A stretch of DNA of 63,616 bases, filler included, from Octopus bimaculoides (GCF_001194135.2; 6 parts of 6 records of this genome joined end to end with filler, not necessarily neighbours in it); one strand, 5' to 3'; counted from the whole stretch's first letter, positions 38,001 to 53,533 are shown. Translations and numbers: made by a program. The notes: generated by a model not told the origin, from the letters alone.

Positions 38001-40838
38001 AGTAGTTGAACACTGGCGTCGTTTTATTCGACATCAGTTGTTTGGTCCCTCTAGCACACATGCTGGTCTTGCGCCAAAATTCGAAACCAATATTTGTATC
38101 ATTATCATAAACCTTCACATCTCAACTGCCGTACATTATATACGTACATATTCACACTTCTGAACTGAATTTATCTTTTCTCGCCCGACTCTATATAAAT
38201 TTGCAATATTCTATAAATTCCTTTATCTCTGAATACGATGAAATGAAATTCTAATGAAATACAATTTTCCTTCCGTGCACGTGGCTGTAGATTTTGCTAT
38301 GTAAAGTCCTCTCACTCGACTGAAGGATACAGATAAAGACTCATTATTTTACCCCATGAGACACATTTAAGGAGAGCAGTACAATTTATAACAACATTTC
38401 AAATGACATCTGACTTAGAAAAATACCCTCCAGCTCGGGAATTGTAGATGAACGTGTTGCGAATGCTACAATTGTCCTCGTGCAAATCAGCAGACAAATA
38501 CACTGGGAATTTAATATAGTTATATGTCTGTCACCGAACATTTTTGTCACAGTTCTACCATTTACTACCCTCATGTAGTATTGTATTATCTATTTTAAAC
38601 AATATAATGTATAAAGTCAAAAATCATCATGGTGATCTCTTCGAGGACAATTTACATGGCATTCCAAGCAACGCCCAAGTTAACAGCAAAGCTATGATCG
38701 TATATTTCACTTCTTCAAGCCGTTTCCCAAATCATCTTCCTGCGTGTTGAATCAATGTATACAACTCATATTTATAACACGAAGAGGAAAACAACTATTT
38801 GTGAATGTAGTCGGTTTGTTACCCATAACACTTTATAAACGCTCCTTGTTTTCTTAGTCTAAGTACAAATCCATCTTCTAACTTTTTTTTATTTACATCC
38901 AGCCTTCTATTAGGCCTACTAATGTTCGACACACTTCATCGTACACATGGTTATGCACAAGTAAGCAACATATTACATAATGCCATGTCTGTCAACGCAC
39001 AAACACACACACACGCTCATACAGGTACACGCATAAACACACACACAGAAGTGCATACACATATCGCTTTCTATTCATGAGGCTCTAGGTGCATTCCTAC
39101 AAGGCAGTAAGTATGCTAGTTAGGGCACCACCCACAAAATTGCTACAACATCGGATGTAGTGTTTATGGAAATTTTCCTTGTTTTCTGTATTTTGAATTC
39201 AACGTAGCCTTTACTGATTTCAAGATAGATAAGTAAAGTACCAATACATTACTAAGTGTCAATCTATCATTTTCTTGTCTTCCTTTGTCTTTCTGCAAAA
39301 AAAAAAGAAGAAAAATCTATATGTGCCAACCGGGAGAAGGATCAATTTCGGTAGGTCCAGAAATCCCTAATTACACATTGGATGTCACGACGTCACCTTC
39401 CCGATTTGATGTTGGAATGTGCAGAGCAAGATAAGACTCTCCATACATACACAGTCAATCTCATATACACGTGGAGTAGACACATGCAGGCACACTAACA
39501 CATACACACATTCACATGCATATACTCACACATATATTCGCGCACCAATACACACAGACAAGATCTTTCATATGACGCGCTTCTACTGAGAGTTGTCCAC
39601 TTTATCCAGAAGAACATCACTTTAATAGAAGTAAACACGGTTGTTGTTGTTCTTGTTTAGTTCCAGATCAGCTTTGATTAAACAAGTCTTTGATTAAACA
39701 AGTCTATGCTTTGTGCTGAAGTAGTGACCATCCAGTCGTTCTTGCATATCAGGAATTACATTGTCTAATATGTCTTGTATTTAACTCTTAAAGGTGAGAT
39801 TGGTGAGAAGTCGTACATCGATGTTGAAATTTCTTTGTAAAATGGCATGACTAGTTGACACGGTGACGTTACTGTATGGGACGCTGTTTACATCAACGAA
39901 AATATTATGCGTGATACACTCGCCTGCCTGGGGAAAAAAAGTTATCTCTCTCCCTCTGTTTCTAGCTCATTCAATCAGAGAGATGTTTGCTGCAAACGAC
40001 GATCATTGAACAACCCTCATTAAATATGTAGATTCAAGCCAATATATCGTTTCTCAAAATGTTGGCTAACATCAAAGTGTTGGATGTCAGAATTATTTGT
40101 ATGAATATTCGTGTGACAGTTTTTCTGGAAACTTGACGTTTAGTTGCCGGCGATATGAACTGGTGCCATTCACATGTCACATGTTATCCACAGTGAATAT
40201 TTAATAATAATTTATTGAATATGCATACAGACATAGAAACATACTTTCATATATTCCTATATATGTATATACTGTGTTGAAGTATACATAGCACGACTGA
40301 GATTATTGACGCCGCTTAATAATATATATTTGTAGAAAAAGGACTGAAATTCCAGTTGCTTATATCAGACTTCGAAGATACATAATTAAATATCGAAGAG
40401 CGTTTATTTCTCTTGGCAAGTGATTTCAGCAAAAGTCACTAATCTTGATATAAGAATTGTAGGAAATTGTGGTCGATTATACTGGGCAGTATGTCATTCA
40501 GTATTCTTATTTCCTACCAAGTTAGAAGTAATAGAAATATGAATTTGAAATGAAAAAGTGAATATATAATTAGTTTACAAATAAGGTAACATTTCACATA
40601 TTCGACAGATATATCAGTAGATAACATCGAGTGCATGATTCACTTGAACTTATTTGATTGAGAACTGACTCATATGAAAGCAGATTTGTTTCAAAGAGTC
40701 ACTTGCTATTGTCGCTTTAAGTTCTAGAAATAGTAACCGCATGCAACACTTTAATATATGCCCGAATAACTATCTATCATAATGTAGCAGCCTAACTATA
40801 TATGCTAATATATATATATATATATATANNNNNNNNNN

Positions 40839-40897
<59 letters not shown>

Positions 40898-40967
40898 GCG
40901 TGTGTGTGTGTGGGTGTGTGTGTTTGTGCTGTGTGTGTCTGTGTCTGTGTCTGTGTGTACTAGCAGC

Positions 40968-41380
40968 TAAGCCCGGTTTCAACCGGGCTGTTTGGATGAT
41001 ATGGCTGTGATCGTTTTCGGTTAGGCATAATCTATGACACCGTTTTTCAACCTTATCATTTCGGGTCTCCTGTTTCGATTGGAGCCTCCAGCTGTATGAA
41101 AATTATACCCCGCCCTGTCACAAAACAGCTCCGCTTGTACCCAAACACCCCAAACCACCCTATCTTTAAATTTCACAATGCCGATTTTTGGCAATCTTCC
41201 CGCACCTCCGTATCCGAAAACGGGAATTTTTGGCCAAAAATGTTTTGAAATAAACAAATTTGGGAGAAAACGAGTGGGGAGTCGTTCCAAAATATCTTCG
41301 CAGAAAACAGCTTCAGAAGATGTGAAGAAAGTATTTCTTTCTTAAGCAATTGCAGGTAATAATCCTTAGTAAATTTGTTC
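40968..41380. mobile_element. Non-autonomous Helitron/Helentron-like element
   Basis: CTAG end with GCCCGGTTTCAACCGGGC hairpin; shares motifs with ~8770 and ~16110. Confidence 0.45.
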
Positions 41381-41850
41381 AGTTTTCCTGTCTTTTTTCC
41401 GATTGAAAGAGTATACTGTATATACTATAAATTTCTTTGTTGATATTGTGAAGATACGTCAAATGTTTATTCCTTAAGGTCGAACAGTGGAGCTTCACAT
41501 TCCTCACGATAGACCAGAAATCATCTTCAAACTGTTTTAATCTTGGGTTTGGTGGAGGGTAATTTTTGGATTTAAACAATATCCTTGAATCCAGAAGTTG
41601 GATCGATTGAGGGCTGTTTAATGTCGTCATTGTCGAAGAAAAGAGTAAGCCATCTAATACGGTTAATAAAGGGGTTTGTCTTACTAGTGAGTTGCTTGAG
41701 GAAGACCTTTTTGGGGGAATGGGTATATCATTAAGAGATGCGTTTATATCAAATAACTCCATATTTGGTAAATATTTTATTAGCATGTTATATAGGAACC
41801 TGGTTGATATGTATATAAATGTGTGTGTTTTAACAGTGTTTACAAATAAC
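41380..41850 (-). mobile_element. Penelope-like element ORF N-terminal fragment
   Basis: SLNDIPIPPKRS...FKSKNYPPPNPRLKQFEDDFWSIVRNVK resembles the region upstream of RT in PLEs. Confidence 0.55.
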
Positions 41851-42962
41851 ATGGAAAATATGAATAGTTACCAAGGTAGCAAAAATTTACACAAGTTACA
41901 ATGATGTAACAATCTAGTTATAAAGGTAGAGACTCCGGCTTAAGGTGAAATATTTTGTATAATATAGATAATTAAAGAGTTAAAAGCAAGTGTTATTCAA
42001 ATTATTTTTTATTTTTGACATGTTTTCAGGACAACATTGGTATTATTCTCAAAAGAATAAAATGGTGTAAACAATGCAATCTTGTCATCAGGGAAAGAAA
42101 GAAAACACATCAATAAGACATTTTAACAGAATGTGATGGCTTCGTATAATGATGAAGAGAACGCTATTCAGATTTACAAAAAACGTTAGTAGATACAAGG
42201 TTAAAGGTAGCATATAAAATGAGATGTAGGAGAAGAAAAGAAATTAACAGACAAGTAATTGCGGAGCGATGGGTGAATTAGAATAAAGCTTAGAAGCGTA
42301 GAATTAGATATATTTAGTGGAAGTGAAATGTAAGAGGACAGAGGTCAAATTATATAAAATGGTAGAAAACTCTTATAGGAGCTAAAGGTATGCTTCTGCC
42401 AATGTTTGCAACGATAAACGAGTTATATAAACGTTTTTACGAGGGGATTCTTTGAGAATAGAATATAAAACATTTCGCTATTACAAAGCGTGCAGAAATG
42501 TTTGCCTTTATCATGTGGTAAAGAAATAGAGAGAACATTCCATTCCAAATTAAATTGTTTATTATTATCTTTTAGATACCAGATCAATTTACTAAGCCCT
42601 GTAATGTACGTCTGTTCATATGCCTAAATAGGTAGTTCTTCATCTCAGTTGTCCAAAAGAATATTTAATCATTACTCTACATTTAGGTATACCAATAAAT
42701 GTAACAAACATTGGCAGAAACATACCTTTAGTTCCTGGATGAGATTCCTGTCGTTCTATATAATTTGACCTTTGATTGTCATATCAAATTTGACTTCCAG
42801 TAAATATATCTAATTCCACGCCTTTAAGCTTTATTCTAATTCACCCATGGCTCTATATTTCTCTACTATTAGTTTTCTGCTAATTTCTTTGCTTCTCCTC
42901 CTTCTCTTTCTACATGATACATTTGACGTTATATCTACTGATGGTTAAAACAAATTAATAGG

Positions 42963-43332
42963 CACAGGAGTGGCTGTGTGGTAAGTAGCTTGCTTACCAG
43001 CCACATGGTTCCGGGTACATTCCCACTGCGTGGCACCTTGGGCAAGTGTCTTCTACTATAGCCTAGGGTCGACCAAAGCCTTGTGAGTGAATTTGGTAGA
43101 CGGAAACTGAAAGAAGACCGTCGTATATATATGTGTGTGTTTGTGTCTCTGTGTTTGTCCCCCCAACATCGCTTGACAACCGATGCTGGTGTGTTTACGT
43201 CCCCGTAACTTACCGGTTCGGCAAAAGAAACCGATATAATAAGTACTAGGCATCCAAGAATAAGTCCTGGGGTCGATTTGCTCGACTAAAGGCGGTGCTC
43301 CTGCATGGCCGCAGTCAAATGACTGAAACCAG
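42963..43332 (+). mobile_element. tRNA-derived SINE (family A)
   Basis: Near-identical to 1753-2160. Confidence 0.85.
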
Positions 43333-46300
43333 NNNNNNNNNNNNNNNNNNNNNNNNNNNNNNNNNNNNNNNNNNNNNNNNNNNNNNNNNNNNNNNNNNNN
43401 NNNNNNNNNNNNNNNNNNNNNNNNNNNNNNNNNNNNNNNNNNNNNNNNNNNNNNNNNNNNNNNNNNNNNNNNNNNNNNNNNNNNNNNNNNNNNNNNNNNN
43501 NNNNNNNNNNNNNNNNNNNNNNNNNNNNNNNNNNNNNNNNNNNNNNNNNNNNNNNNNNNNNNNNNNNNNNNNNNNNNNNNNNNNNNNNNNNNNNNNNNNN
43601 NNNNNNNNNNNNNNNNNNNNNNNNNNNNNNNNNNNNNNNNNNNNNNNNNNNNNNNNNNNNNNNNNNNNNNNNNNNNNNNNNNNNNNNNNNNNNNNNNNNN
43701 NNNNNNNNNNNNNNNNNNNNNNNNNNNNNNNNNNNNNNNNNNNNNNNNNNNNNNNNNNNNNNNNNNNNNNNNNNNNNNNNNNNNNNNNNNNNNNNNNNNN
43801 NNNNNNNNNNNNNNNNNNNNNNNNNNNNNNNNNNNNNNNNNNNNNNNNNNNNNNNNNNNNNNNNNNNNNNNNNNNNNNNNNNNNNNNNNNNNNNNNNNNN
43901 NNNNNNNNNNNNNNNNNNNNNNNNNNNNNNNNNNNNNNNNNNNNNNATATATATATATATATATACATACACACACACACACACACACACATAATAATAA
44001 TAATAATAATTATTATTATTGTTGCTATTTATATTATTATACGCATCCATTACGAAGTAAGTTCATCTTAATACCTTTGATGCGTCTCTATTCTGTACTG
44101 TTTTCTCCCTCCCGCTTTCGTTTTCTCTCTCTTCTTTTCTCTAATTATTTTTCTCCCCTTCTCCCTCTTTCGTTTTTTTCTCGCTCATCTTTTTCTTTAA
44201 TTCATTTTTCTCCACTTCACCGTTTTCTATCTGTCTGTCTATTTCTCAGTATGTTCCTCATTTACTCTCCCTCTCTCGTTGTTCCCATGTGGCCTGCGCC
44301 ATCTTTTTTTTTTCACACATTCTTATCTGTCTCTTATTCTATCTTTCCTCTTGTCAAAGAATATTCCTCCAGCGATCGCTATTTTACCTCGGATGGCATA
44401 ACAGCCCCTCATGTTTGTTTTCATTTGGTTTGTTATATGTCTCTACTGTCCTGTTTTTGTTACCATCTTTAAACCCTCCACAAATCCCAAATTTTATTTT
44501 GGTTCGCGGGAGCAACTGTTTTTCGAAGCCTCATAGTGTCGTTAATTGCTTGAAATGTGAAGTAGCTGAACAGCAGACAACTGATGAAGGGTCGTTATTT
44601 ATGTTACTTATCTTGTTTTCCATTTGTTTCTCTCGTTTTTGACTAACCCAAGTTTGCCTTCGTATTTCATATTTTTTCGTATTTCGTAATTCATGTTGTT
44701 TACGTTTAGTGACATCCTGTACCTATATATGCATTTATATATACATATATGTTCATGTATCGTCCAAAACTTATAACAATTTCGTGATTTAACGATAATA
44801 CTGTTCATTTTGGTGACGGCAAACGGCAACAGCTAAAAGTTGCTGTCATTCGGAGAGCGAACGTAAATGACAGTAATGAAGACAAACAAAGTCAGAACAT
44901 GACATAAGGAATATAACTCAGGTAAATGGTACATATATACATATACACATACAATTAAAGGCCATATGGCTATGAGACAGCATTGAATTCTGACAGGAAA
45001 TGTATTAAAGATAATGTGTAATGACGTCGTGTAGTACTTCCAAATAGGAGTAGAGAGAAACGAATTAAAGGCGTACGGGTGGCTATGTGGAAGCTTGCTT
45101 CTCAACCACATAGACCCACAGCCTAGCACAGTAGGCAAGTCTCTTTTACTGTAAAACGAACCTCCACCAAATTTCTTACCTATATGTCTGAGTACACCTT
45201 TGAATGTAATGTATGCCAGAATGTTTGGAGTTCTAACGGAGATCTCAAAAGACATTTTAAGGTCCACAAAATCAGAACTTATCTACAGCTCTTGGTGGTC
45301 CAAACCGGATATGTGGGTGTCTTTTCGGAACATTGTCTGGTTTAAAAACCCACATCAGATGCCATGATTGTTCTAAGGTATAGGTACAGGAGGTGGTCAA
45401 ACTCTGCATAAGGTGTGTGTAGGCGTAGGAGAGGCCTGGTTTTAAGAAACTTTCTTCCCAACTACATGGTTCCAGGTTCGCGTCCATTCCGTGGTACTTC
45501 AGGCAAGTGTCTTCTATAGCATCGAGCCGACCAAAGCCTTGTGGGTGGAGTAAGTAGATGGAAACTGATGTATTTGTGTGTCTGTGTTTGTCCCTCATCA
45601 TCGCTTGACAATTGATTTTGCTGTGTTTACGTTCCCGTAACTTAGTGGTTCGGCGAAAGAATAAGTACTAGGCTTACAAAGAATAAGTCCTCGAGTCAAT
45701 TTGCTCGATTAAAGGCGGTGTTCCAACATGGCCGCAGTCAAATGACTGAAACAGATGAAAGAATAAAAGAAAAGTATATGTGTATGTTTGTTTGTGCTTT
45801 CGAGTCTGTGAATGTCCCTCAGCACCACTTGACAACCGGCGTTGGTTCGTTTACGTCCTTTTAACTTAGCATTTCGGCAAAAGATAAAGTAGAGGACGAA
45901 ACCCTGGAAAATAAGACGAATCCTGGGTTCAATGTAAACGGTAAGGTGAGCGCCCACGAATGCATGATTGAACAGGTAAGAGTCCAAGCACGAAAAGGAA
46001 GCGTAAACGAAGAAGCAGGAGAGAGAGAGAGAGGGAGAGGGAGAAGAAGATGGAGAAAAGGTACGAAAGGGAGTGAAGGTTGTAAATGGTAGTGATGGAA
46101 GTAAAGCAAATGGAGAATGGGGCAAATGGAAGGAAATAAAAGCAGATAGAGGTAGATGGGATTGCACACACAAATAAAAGAGATAACGAAAAGATGAACA
46201 GAGCATAAGAGGAGGAGGGAGAAAAGTAAAGTGAAAGGAGTACGCAGAAAAATAGAGAGGCATTGTGATGAGAGAAAAAGATAGACGGAAAGGAGAAAGT

Positions 46301-47199
46301 GAGACCAAGAGAGAGAAAAAGAAAGAGGAAGACGTAGCAGTAAATATTACCCGCTATATGGGCTGCCACTGAATGGGAACAAAATTAGGAGCATGCATAG
46401 AGTTACGGTAAATAAAATTTAAAAAACTGCACAGAAAGGAGACAATGAAACATACGGTAAAATCATACGACATGGACAGGGACGATTAAATGAAAAGAAT
46501 AAAATGCCTAAAAATGATACACAAGATGTTGTCATTTTTTCCCCGTCATTAGTTATCGTGCAAAAAGCAGAACAGTTTTGCATACTGTCGCGTGCCCCCC
46601 ACCCCAGACGATGAAGTAGGCTAGCCTAATACGTAGATATAGAGGGAGAAGTATAGACGTTGTAGTAGTTGAGTAGTGGTCATCCGAACGTGTGATATAA
46701 CACATGCAAAGGCCTTACAGCTATGAGTCAGCATTGAGTCAAAACAGCACATGTTTAGAAGTAAGTAACGCTCACGAGAATGATGCTATATACATACATA
46801 TATGCATACACACATAGCACTGTACGAGCACCCTTACACACTGTTCAGTACACGTACCATACACAGCATTCACACTCTCACACCCACACAAGCACATAAT
46901 GCCTGAACACAAGCAACATATACACACGCACACACGCAACGTGCCTAAATGTAAGCAACACCCATAGACAATTTTCGCCTACAAACATACACTATACACA
47001 TGGACACTATATGGTCACAGTTACGTACACATATACACATGCGCACACACCTCCTGAACAAGTACATATGAATGGCTAAACAGAAGCATTTGCATACGGA
47101 TGCACTCACGCACGCACGCGTGCACACGCACACACACGTTAGACTTACTCAACACAACACATACACTAGGTTATTTATACACATACTCACGCAACCAGC

Positions 47200-47700
47200 C
47201 CAATGCATTTACTAAAGTGTAAATTTTTTAAATAAAATTGGCATTGGCTTCAACCATGACCACCAGATGATTTCGGAATCTTCTGCAACTCTTCTGGACA
47301 GTCTCTTTTTTTTTCAGTTGGTGGATACTGCCATAATCCTTGCCTTCAGTTCATCTTTGGAGTTACAAAGAGTTTTGTTGGCCTCCCGCTCTATGATAAT
47401 CAAGTGGATTGCAGTCTGGGGAGTTACATAGCCAGATATTAGGGGTAATGCGGTCGCAGAAATTGTTTGACAGCCATGACTGGGTTCTTCTGCTTGTGTG
47501 ACATGATGCTTAGTTCTGTTGCTAGATATAGGGTCTTCCATTAGTCAACTTCTTGACCTAGAGCAGCACTATCTTCTCCAATTACTTGATATAGGTTTCC
47601 ATGTTGAGTCTGAGGCCGTGTGAGAAGATGAATGGATCCATAACGTTGTCATCGCTAGCGATCACTCCAAATACCATGATGTTGACTGGATGATTGATTT
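47200..47700 (-). mobile_element. Tc1/mariner (maT-like) transposase C-terminal remnant
   Basis: REANKTLCNSKDELKARIMA remnant. Confidence 0.55.
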
Positions 47701-48699
47701 TTATCACTCTCAGTACATGTCCTCGGATTACACTGTCCTCAGATTGACAGCCCAACACTGTGAAATGTTCGTATTGGGGCTTCCGACGCGAATGCCAAGC
47801 AGTACAACATCGTTTCCAAATTTCTGGCAGAGTGAACTACGTCATGGTGCTGTTTTTTCTCATAGAGAGTATCCAACTGACACTACTATATTGTGTAGTC
47901 GACAAAATAAAAAAAAGACAATGCACATGCGCGAAATTAAAAATATAAATGGTGATAATTTACCCATCGCACCGTGTATATATAACGTAAAGGAATTCCA
48001 ACAGCAGACACAGTCTATAATTAAGACAGCATAAAGAAATTAATCTATTTCTTTAGATTTGATAAGGTCATTCTCTGCAAACCGATATCAAAACTATAGC
48101 TTTATCGTATTACAAAGCAATGCCTTCTTTCATGTACAGAAAGCGTTTAAGAAGGAGTCTGAAACTGTATTTCATCACAGTTCGATTAACCGACCCACAT
48201 AGGAATATTCGTGAACAAAGCTGCATTGCAATATTTACCCAAGATGAATATGTACTGCAACTGAACCAACTACCAACCAAATGCATGTAAATGTTACATC
48301 AACGAACATGTGAGGTACTAATGTAGCAGAACATTTTGGATTGCAATATAATGTGAGTTTAATGAGAACAGTTCTGTAATAAACAATATTTGAATATGTA
48401 TACTCGACTATCAACTAGATTGAATACCACATGCCACCTTGTTCCAAGGATGGCAGACAAGTCAAGAAATCTTTCACATTATGAATCTTACACTCTACGA
48501 CCTTGGCAATAAAGCCCCATGACATGCGCAGGACTGACTTACAATTCTTGTTACAACATTACAACGTACCATACTTCTGACATTTAAGTATTTCAAACAC
48601 AAAATAGCAGGCCATCTTAAAAGCATTTGTAAAGAACATTCTTTTCTATGTAGTTGAAATCCAGATTATGGAGGAGATTGAAAATCACCTTCATGCTAA

Positions 48700-48970
48700 C
48701 TATTCCAGGTTCCTCATAGGAACTTCGAGTTGGAATACACATGAGGCAGCAATATCACTTCTGCATGGATTATATACTGCAGTTCTTGTTGTATTAAAAA
48801 CATTCTCAAATGTTCTCTGTCAGGTGTTCTTAGGCCAGTCTCTGTTACTTTTGCCTTCAACTGGTGTCAACAAAATTACAAATTTGCTTCCTGCCAATGA
48901 TATGTGCAAAATATCCTTCCTTTTGAAACATACAATATTTTCTTTCCTGTGCATTCTTATCTAATACACC
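48700..48970 (-). mobile_element. RTE 3' fragment
   Basis: VEGKR...PKNTWQRTF remnant. Confidence 0.5.
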
Positions 48971-50796
48971 ATAATTACTCTACCGAGTGCAGCTCTAAAC
49001 ACTTCAAGAAACCAATAATTGCTTTATATCAATACTCACAAAGAATTTTCTCTTTATTATCCTCGTTCGTCATTATCAGCTTAGCGTCTGTCCTGTCACT
49101 ATGAGGCAACTGCTGCTTTGCTACGAAGTTCATGAGTTAACAGCCTACTATCCTCCATGGATCAATTTCCGTCATTGTCTGCCAAAACAACCACGTTTCA
49201 AGTGTATTAGAAACACCGTGCCCTTCCCAGTTTATATATCTGATTGGTATATAGGTGCATGCGTGGGTGTGTGATAAGAGACCTACTTCTCAGCAACAAG
49301 ATTCAGGGTTGAGTCCCACTACGTGGCTCCTTAGGCATATGTCTTCTACGACAGCACTGGGCCGACCAAATTCTTGTGAGTGGATTTATATGTGTATGTC
49401 TGTGTGTTTACGTCCCCATATCTTTGCTGCTTGGCAAAAGAGATCCGATTAAGTACCAGCCTTAAAAACAATAAGTAGTAAGGTCGATTCATTCGAATAG
49501 AAAATAATTTCAAGGCAGTGACCCACCATGGCCGCAGATGAAAAAAATACGACAGAAATAAAAGATATTAGATAATTTGCTTCACCAGCTTACTTCATTT
49601 TACCTCCCGAGACACCATCAATTCCTCAAGCAAATTTATTTTTGTAAAGTGAAACCATTCTAAATTATTGTGAAATGTTACGGTGCTCTATCATTATTTG
49701 TTGTATATCACAACGTTATATCTTTCTTGTAATACAGTCCTCTCATACAGGAAGCAATTATAAATAGCAGACATAGTTTGCTATGACTATACCATGTCTT
49801 CATCTCGCATTATAATATTCATCTTCTGTTCTTCAGTATCGGTATAATCCATAATCATATTTTCCACTCGATCTTAACCAGTATTTTAATTTATTTTCCC
49901 TTAAGATTAAATACAGAAAAATAAACGGAAATGAAAGTTAATATATTTATCAGAGATATGCTATCAATATTATACCTCTAGACATAACAAGACATTATTA
50001 AAAATAGAAAAGAAAGAAAAAATATTTTAATTATTTGTAATTCATTGAAAACCGAAGGCATATTTGTAATCGTGTTTGATATTATGATAATAAACGTTGC
50101 TATTCCTAAACAAGTTTTAAAATAAGATAACTTTAGCTTTAACATTTAGATTATTCCTATATATTTATGAAGAGATTAAAATTGCAACGATTGATGCAGA
50201 ACACAGGTTACTGAATAATTCGTCTTTCTGTATTGTGAAGTGAACTTATAGAAGCTTATACTAATGGAAAGTGATTAAACATTGCTGTACATGATCAGAT
50301 CTGATGTCTTATCAGGGAAAAGTGCACATAAAACAAAAATACTTGCAATATTGACGATCTTGTGATTGTTGAAGTGATAGATGTTGATGTTGATTTTATT
50401 GCTGTGTCAGTTTCAAGACTGGCTTTTGAACAGAAAAATTCCACATGTCAAGCGTCAAACGTGTGGAGAACAACTCGTTAGTCGTAAAATGACAACAGTT
50501 AACGCTCAACATACCCAAACAATTATCAATCCATTTTACATAAACGCTAATATACTAACATATATCGGAGTGACATTGTGTGAAAGAATGCTGTGAACTA
50601 TGAAAATGCAGAATGCAAATATATGTCATATCAAGAAAATTGTGATTAACATTTGTTAAGATATTCGAAAATTGAATGGGTTAAATATTAATACCCTGTT
50701 CCTGATATTTCGAAAGACGTTGACAATATATCATATATTACATGCATACTTCCATACATACATACATATATACATACATACACACACACACACACA

Positions 50797-51295
<499 letters not shown>

Positions 51296-52058
51296 TATAT
51301 GCATACATATAAAGATAGAAACGTGGCTGTGTCGTAAGAAGCCTCGCACCGATCAAAGTGTTGCGAGTGGATTCCGTAGATGGAAACTGAAAGGATCCCG
51401 TCATATACATGTGTGTGTGTGTCCATCATCTTGACATCAGGCACCCATAAGGACCTGCTCTAGCATGGCCGCAGTAAAAGTATTAACTAAATAAAAATAC
51501 AAAAAAATATTCAACGGAAAAGAAAAAAAACTGGTGCGAATGGAGTCATTTTTCTTTTAGCTGGGGACGTAAGCGTTAAAGAGCTTCCGTGTTTGATGGG
51601 TGAAAAAGAACAAGTTACATGGCGATTGGCGTGTTGAACCAATTTCTTCCAGTGAATTCAAATACTTTAACGGCATTCAACGGCTGTAGGGTAGTGTTAT
51701 ACGAAGTGAAAAGTTGCGTATACCATCTTGTAAATGGAATGACTCCGATTTCAACACTTCACATAGAATTTGCCCAGCAAACTTCGCTCATATCTCTTTG
51801 AAAACTCAATGACAGGAAACGTCAAGTGACGAAGGAAATATACTATATGTACAACATTGTAACATTTAAAAAACACAAATATGCTGTGTCTACTAATTTT
51901 ATTGATCCTTTGGGAGAAAAACATAAATCTGAACTATTAAATATTGGAGAGCGTCTGAGATTTTTTTAAAGAGTATATCTGTCTCTTCGTCTCCCCATTC
52001 ACACGTTTGCTTGTAATGTGTTTAAGTGCATGTTTTATGATTCTATGTACATACATAT

Positions 52059-52109
<51 letters not shown>

Positions 52110-52607
52110 NNNNNNNNNNNNNNNNNNNNNNNNNNNNNNNNNNNNNNNNNNNNTTAATTAATTAANNNNNNNNNNNNNNNNNNNNNNNNNNNNNNNNNNN
52201 NNNNNNNNNTATATGTGTCTGCATATTTATATACATATATGTATATAAATATATATTTTTATATAGATTTATTTATATATATATATATATATGTGTATAT
52301 GAAAATCCATAGGCGTGTTTGTGCACACGTGTATGTGTGGGTGTGCATGCCTGTATGTGTGCTCGTGTGTGTGCGTGTACATGCGTATATGAGTTGAACG
52401 TGATATTTATCTCGGAGAATTGATGGTATTTCCAGAAATATACATATTATAAGCAGAGTAAATAAGCCGATAGTCATTTCTGCAAGCGGTTTTATGGGAG
52501 GTAAGTGGGAGGAAAAATAAACTATATTGTCTTTGTTGTATGGAAGAGTAACCAAACATCAATCACGGCCATCATTGCTTATATCATCTTTGATGACAAA
52601 CTTGAAG

Positions 52608-52685
<78 letters not shown>

Positions 52686-53492
52686 CACAAAAACTANNNN
52701 NNNNNNNNNNNNNNNNNNNNNNNNNNNNNNNNNNNNNNNNNNNNNNNNNNNNNNNNNNNNNNNNNNNNNNNNNNNNNNNNNNNNNNNNNNNNNNNNNNNN
52801 NNNNNNNNNNNNNNNNNNNNNNNNNNNNNNNNNNNNNNNNNNNNNNNNNNNNNNNNNNNNNNNNNNNNNNNNNNNNNNNNNNNNNNNNNNNNNNNNNNNN
52901 NNNNNNNNNNNNNNNNNNNNNNNNNNNNNNNNNNNNNNNNNNNNNNNNNNNNNNNNNNNNNNNNNNNNNNNNNNNNNNNNNNNNNNNNNNNNNNNNNNNN
53001 NNNNNNNNNNNNNNNNNNNNNNNNNNNNNNNNNNNNNNNNNNNNNNNNNNNNNNNNNNNNNNNNNNNNNNNNNNNNNNNNNNNNNNNNNNNNNNNNNNNN
53101 NNNNNNNNNNNNNNNNNNNNNNNNNNNNNNNNNNNNNNNNNNNNNNNNNNNNNNNNNNNNNNNNNNNNNNNNNNNNNNNNNNNNNNNNNNNNNNNNNNNN
53201 NNNNNNNNNNNNNNNNNNNNNNNNNNNNNNNNNNNNNNNNNNNNNNNNNNNNNNNNNNNNNNNNNNNNNNNNNNNNNNNNNNNNNNNNNNNNNNNNNNNN
53301 NNNNNNNNNNNNNNNNNTGGTAAAAAGAAATATGTACACGATTGATGGTACCGCATGCCCTATATAAAAATTAAGTGCAAGTGATGTCTTTACGGCTTTC
53401 AATTCCCTCCCATGACAGTAGGTTATATTGTATGAAGAAAATATGGCAAGATTAAGCGAGTAAGCTGTAATTTATCCCTAAACTCATCTTAC

Positions 53493-53533
53493 CGTTGCGG
53501 ATCAATGAAGGAAGTTTTCCAAATATAAATGAA
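53493..53533 (-). CDS. Exon of the cystatin-fold candidate (FIYIWKTSFIDPQR)
   Basis: Acceptor ttttgtttttgttcaacag, donor CG|gtaaga, 41 nt, phase 0 start. Continues the 56092 exon in frame. Confidence 0.45.

Noticed and set aside
44575-44640. CTGATGAAGGG hammerhead-like start (similar case at ~56423)
   Set aside because: No stem II followed by GAAA.
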